A stretch of DNA of 64,000 nt from Bacteroidaceae bacterium (lineage in GTDB: Bacteria > Bacteroidota > Bacteroidia > Bacteroidales > Barnesiellaceae_A). The stretch is from assembly GCA_017410245.1 (NCBI GenBank), contig JAFQRE010000016.1:5704-69703 (forward strand), written 5' to 3'. The notes beneath the pieces were generated by a model, which saw only the letters and a list, made by a program, of their open reading frames with translations, did not search any database and was not told the DNA's origin. Shown in pieces: positions 59,876 through 64,000 of the stretch; position 1 is the first letter of the stretch, and each line of letters begins with the position of its first letter. Both the position numbers and the translations under genes were made by a program.

Positions 59876-62800
59876 TTATTGCCCCAAGACAATTATTTTT
59901 TTCTGCTCAGTGACAAATTTATTGTCGCCAACTCCTACGAGGGCATATACCATGTACTCACCGGGCAGGGCTTTGCCATACGATGTAGTCATATCCCACA
60001 CAATCTCTGTTGCAGGAGTCTCTACAGACCACACTTCACGTCCGGTAGCTCGTTCCACAACAACATAACGAACAATCATGCTCTCCTCGACTACACCGTC
60101 GATACTCAACGATGCCTTGTCAATTACAGGATCCTCGGCAATATGCAACTCATATTGTGGACTCACTATCTCGTTGATGACAAAAGATATAGTAGCCTCA
60201 GATGCATTACCGGCATTGTCAAACAATCTGATTGTGACTGTGTGCATACCAGCCTCAAGACCTTTGAGAGTATAATCGATACTACCTTGGGCACTACCCT
60301 TTATAGGGCTATAATAGCCCGACAAGTCATTACATACAACCCTGCCATCGATGAGCAATATCATACTGCGACCCAACGCCACCTCATTATTGGTTATACC
60401 ACTCTCATTGTCACTCACATCGCAATGGAATAGACTGTTGGGGGCTACCACATCGCCCTCGCTAAATGTGTCATCACCAATCCAAATATTATCTATAGTG
60501 GGAGCTGTAGCATCTGCCACAGCATCATCAACACCATATACGTGTATGTTTTTACTGAAACCGGCTGCCTCTATGTTCATGTCGGTATTGTAGGCATAGA
60601 GAGTAATAAGACCGGTTGTATCGCTCTGCAATGTTTGCGAAGGCATGCGGAATTTTGTTGTAAAACAACCATCGACAATCGTGTCGGCAGCAACCACCAA
60701 TTTGTATTGTCGCAATCCGAAATTCTCTTTTATAGTAATATTTCCGCCGGGAGTTGTAATAGACTCTTGGGCAGCCAAATCTACTTCAGCATCATATACC
60801 TCATAGCATAGCGTACCATTGTAGTCGGGCACAAACTCTCCCGCCTCGTTATATATTTTACCCACAAGAGTCACTTCGCTATTGGCAGGTGTTTTCACGA
60901 TGACATTATCGACCATATCCACTCCATTAATACGCTCTATTTCGATGCGATAGGTAGGCAAAGGCAACGCCAAAGCAGGATCGCCAATTAGACAATATTT
61001 GAGTTTATTAGGGTCGCTTACAAGATTACCCTTTTCGTTATATAACAGAGACTCCTTGGCACGGCGCATCACATCGCCCAAACGTATTTTACCATCGGCT
61101 GCCGGGACAAAAAGTTCACGCAACAGCTCGCGATTTATATCCTCATTGCCATTGGTGTAGACTGTGCGAGTGGTGGTATATAAAGCTATGAAACCACCTT
61201 GATCGTTACGGAATAACTCCTCTCCTACCGAGTTTTCGTCCTTATCGAAAGGACACACATCGCAAGTAGCAGTGATAAATACCGGCCAGTAGTCATTGCG
61301 CATACTCTTGGCATGATTGATACCTATAAGGTTGCTACCCAACGACACATGCCCGGCATGTCCCATATAGCTATATATAAATGCACCCTCTTCAAGATCT
61401 CTGAAGATTTGCTCTTGAGCGCCCTCAAACTCGGCTCCGGGGCGCGAGTTATAGGCATTGAGATATACCTTATCGGGCACAATGTGCTCTTGTTCGTTCT
61501 CTACCGACTCAAGCGAAACGGTATTCATCTGATGCACATGAAGATTATTATCGCCATTGAGACCTATAAAGCAAGCTTTGTTCTTCCACATATTATTCGA
61601 TGGCTTTTGCGACATATATTTTACCAACTTGTTATAGACCTTCTTCGACTCCTCAAGGCTTTTGATAGGCATACGACCTATACCCAAGTCTATCTTCTCC
61701 ATCGATATATCATAGCCGGTATTGTCGCCAAGGATACCAAAGTAATCATCGGAGACATACGAATAACGCTGGTCGGTACTGGTCTCCGACTGGTAGGTGA
61801 CAAGCAACATATTATCCTCGTTGTGCATATTGGGGGCTATAGCTCGGTTGTTATACGAACTGCGTCCATACAGCAACAAATAACGAGGTGCGCTACCATA
61901 ACCGGCTTGCGCTCGGTCGTAGAACATCTTCATCAGGCGACGTATAGCAGTAGCATCGGGTATGCCACCCGAAAATTCATTGAAAACCGACAACTGATCA
62001 CACACCAGCACCTTCATATTGTCGGTATCACGGTGTATCTGCGCTATACGTTCGGCCTCTTTCATAAAGTATCGAGTAGAGATAATTACCATATCGGGAA
62101 TATAGTCTATTCCATGCAAATTTTGAGGCTCTACCTGACACACAAATTGGGGTATGGCAAGGGTATCGGTTATGTCGTATGCAACATACTCTTTAAGTAA
62201 CAGATCCTCTTCTTGGGGCTTGAAAGTCACTTTACCATCGACAATTGCAGTTTGTTGCAAAACAGGAGCCTCGGTATCGGTTATATCCCATACTCGTATG
62301 TTATTGGCATGACGATTGGCAACATCTAAGGCATAGTAATCGCCACTTTGTTGCGTACTGCGGAACTGCATTTGAGCATCATTGAGTACAAGACTACGAG
62401 TATAAAACATGCGTACAAAATCGAGATAATAACTCTTGATAGAGCCGGCTCCTTTGGAGGTAAACGACAATGTAAACTCGTCTGCAGCCGCTACTGTATA
62501 GTAGTTGTTGGCCTCCTTGAGATAGGTATATGAGTCGGAAGCTCCTACAACCATTGTGGGAGACAAGGCCGAGCCATTATAATGCGGAATGAGTGTACGT
62601 GTTGTCGAAGCGTTGGCTCCTAAAGCAATGTGCAGTGTCATCTTATCACCCTCCACACCGGGAAGGTTGAATGTCAGAGAGTTGTTATTGATAAGATCCT
62701 CGCCAAGATACAGACGGCCGGTCTGGCCAATACATATATCCTCATTTTCGTGTAAAGCATATTCATCAAACGAGGTTATACTTGTTCCTTCACACACATC

Positions 62801-63274
62801 GGTAACCCTACTTTGCAAATGGATAGGTGTGCGATCTTGCGTTAGAAAATAATAGGAGATATTGGAATAACAATTATTGGTATGATGCCAATAAGAAGTA
62901 CTTGCATCGTAGGTCCACTGTGTACTTCCGGTAGCATAGAAGTACAAATCGCCATTCTCGACATATACCGCAATAGGTTGCAAGTCATCACCATCAACCT
63001 CACTAAAGGTCTCGGGCAACATGTAACCATTTTTGCCATAAACACTCACTGCCGAAGCATCGGTGAAGCCCCATTGTTGCAATGTAGCTGCATCTATGCG
63101 ATGAACACCACGCTCGGTTGTAGCAATCTTTACCCATCGGCCACTACTCAAAACAGACTGTTCGGCATAGTGCGAAACCGGCAGAGCCTGTACTTGCAAC
63201 GCACCACACAGCACACTTGTCAGTATTATCACGCAACATAGCAGCGAATAATAATTGTAACGCGAGAGTGTCAT
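59876..63274 (-). CDS. porU: T9SS sortase PorU (C25 gingipain-like)
   Basis: SVLSSGRWVKI, NEFSGG.PD.TAIR, SDDYFG, GIGRMP; catalytic YMGH and TATC; LIGDPAL. Confidence 0.92.
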   Translation of the reverse strand: MTLSRYNYYSLLCCVIILTSVLCGALQVQALPVSHYAEQSVLSSGRWVKIATTERGVHRIDAATLQQWGFTDASAVSVYGKNGYMLPETFSEVDGDDLQPIAVYVENGDLYFYATGSTQWTYDASTSYWHHTNNCYSNISYYFLTQDRTPIHLQSRVTDVCEGTSITSFDEYALHENEDICIGQTGRLYLGEDLINNNSLTFNLPGVEGDKMTLHIALGANASTTRTLIPHYNGSALSPTMVVGASDSYTYLKEANNYYTVAAADEFTLSFTSKGAGSIKSYYLDFVRMFYTRSLVLNDAQMQFRSTQQSGDYYALDVANRHANNIRVWDITDTEAPVLQQTAIVDGKVTFKPQEEDLLLKEYVAYDITDTLAIPQFVCQVEPQNLHGIDYIPDMVIISTRYFMKEAERIAQIHRDTDNMKVLVCDQLSVFNEFSGGIPDATAIRRLMKMFYDRAQAGYGSAPRYLLLYGRSSYNNRAIAPNMHNEDNMLLVTYQSETSTDQRYSYVSDDYFGILGDNTGYDISMEKIDLGIGRMPIKSLEESKKVYNKLVKYMSQKPSNNMWKNKACFIGLNGDNNLHVHQMNTVSLESVENEQEHIVPDKVYLNAYNSRPGAEFEGAQEQIFRDLEEGAFIYSYMGHAGHVSLGSNLIGINHAKSMRNDYWPVFITATCDVCPFDKDENSVGEELFRNDQGGFIALYTTTRTVYTNGNEDINRELLRELFVPAADGKIRLGDVMRRAKESLLYNEKGNLVSDPNKLKYCLIGDPALALPLPTYRIEIERINGVDMVDNVIVKTPANSEVTLVGKIYNEAGEFVPDYNGTLCYEVYDAEVDLAAQESITTPGGNITIKENFGLRQYKLVVAADTIVDGCFTTKFRMPSQTLQSDTTGLITLYAYNTDMNIEAAGFSKNIHVYGVDDAVADATAPTIDNIWIGDDTFSEGDVVAPNSLFHCDVSDNESGITNNEVALGRSMILLIDGRVVCNDLSGYYSPIKGSAQGSIDYTLKGLEAGMHTVTIRLFDNAGNASEATISFVINEIVSPQYELHIAEDPVIDKASLSIDGVVEESMIVRYVVVERATGREVWSVETPATEIVWDMTTSYGKALPGEYMVYALVGVGDNKFVTEQKKIIVLGQ

Positions 63275-63282
63275 ATATAATC

Positions 63283-63897
63283 TTATTTTATGTTGAATTC
63301 CAATACTTTTTTATCTCCTATATAGCCTGTCACATGGTCATTTATAGCTACAGGCCCAACACCGGCTGGTGTTCCGGTATAAAGCAAGTCGCCCATTTTG
63401 AGGGTAAAGAAACGGCTTACATAAGCGATAATATTGTCTATGCTATGTATCATATCGCGAGTATTGCCTACCTGCACTGTATTGCCATTGAGTTGCAGAC
63501 TAAAGTCAATTCCTGTCTCCAACGCAACCTCTTCTTTAGGAATCCATGTACCAATAGCAGCCGATCCATCAAAGCCCTTAGCCAACTCCCAAGGAGCTCC
63601 AGCCTCACGCAATTGTTGTTGCAAATCGCGTGCTGTGAAATCGACCCCCAACGTAACAGCATCATAGTAACGATGTGCAAAACGAGGTGCCACATTTTTT
63701 CCCACACGACATATACGTACCACTATCTCTGCTTCATGCTCTATGCGATTGCTATAGGGTGGCAAAAAAAGTGGTTTGCCATCTTTGAGCAATGCCGTCT
63801 CGGGCTTAAGAAATACAACCGGATAGGCACTCTCCTCTTGACGCCCCATCTCGGTATTGTGAGCTCTATAATTCCAGCCTACTGCTATTATCTTCAT
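63283..63897 (-). CDS. Fumarylacetoacetate hydrolase family protein
   Basis: IIAVGWNY, FLKP, HEAE, DFTARD, AKGFD and TGTPAGVG motifs. Confidence 0.93.
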   Translation of the reverse strand: MKIIAVGWNYRAHNTEMGRQEESAYPVVFLKPETALLKDGKPLFLPPYSNRIEHEAEIVVRICRVGKNVAPRFAHRYYDAVTLGVDFTARDLQQQLREAGAPWELAKGFDGSAAIGTWIPKEEVALETGIDFSLQLNGNTVQVGNTRDMIHSIDNIIAYVSRFFTLKMGDLLYTGTPAGVGPVAINDHVTGYIGDKKVLEFNIK

Positions 63898-63901
63898 TTT
63901 C

Positions 63902-64000
63902 TTACAATTGAATATTAATCAGTCCGTTAAATATTACGGCCCAATCGGGCTAATATCGATGTATCTTGCATAACAAACACCTGCATCAAACAACAATTTC
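63902..64000 (-). pseudogene. Possible frameshifted 3' end of the redox-sensing repressor Rex
   Basis: Minus strand reads VMQDTSILARL, then after a +1 shift AVIFNGLINIQL*, resembling the Bacteroidales Rex C-terminus. Only 99 nt are visible. Confidence 0.35.

Noticed and set aside
1-64000. CRISPR arrays, IS elements, prophage or defence genes
   Set aside because: No regularly spaced direct repeats or corresponding protein motifs were seen by eye; the AAA_14 ATPase and Smr genes look like ordinary Bacteroidales chromosomal genes.

Overview
A gene-dense chromosomal window from a Bacteroidales bacterium with a type IX secretion system (T9SS). The evidence for this is the TTTG-N19/20-TAnnTTTG promoters, SusC/SusD, porU/porV/porE and serine palmitoyltransferase. 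Most genes are core: lpxC/lpxD, spt, prfA, pyrF, rubrerythrin, pgk, pdxA, rlmN, ppiD, lptC, coaX, queA, tRNA-Asp, PBP1A, dnaE, nifJ, a biotin carboxyltransferase, class I fumarase, ispF, porV and porU. The main accessory block (16.5-28.9 kb, minus strand) is a RagAB-like susC/susD pair plus two lipoproteins, with no CAZyme or regulator. It is followed by three tandem paralogous C10 (streptopain-like) proteases, each with a cadherin-like domain and a T9SS signal, and is a candidate protein/peptide utilisation locus. It sits where the usual coaX-OMP-lptC-ppiD-rlmN-pdxA gene order is broken. Other leads are: a CDP-alcohol phosphotransferase next to a GtrA-acyltransferase fusion with a His-to-Gln change at the catalytic position; a GT-C-like gene appended to porU-porV-ispF; a long structured susC leader; and a REP-like intergenic element. 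No CRISPR array, transposase, integrase, phage or retroelement genes were seen. All calls come from motif recognition by eye; no database searches were run.
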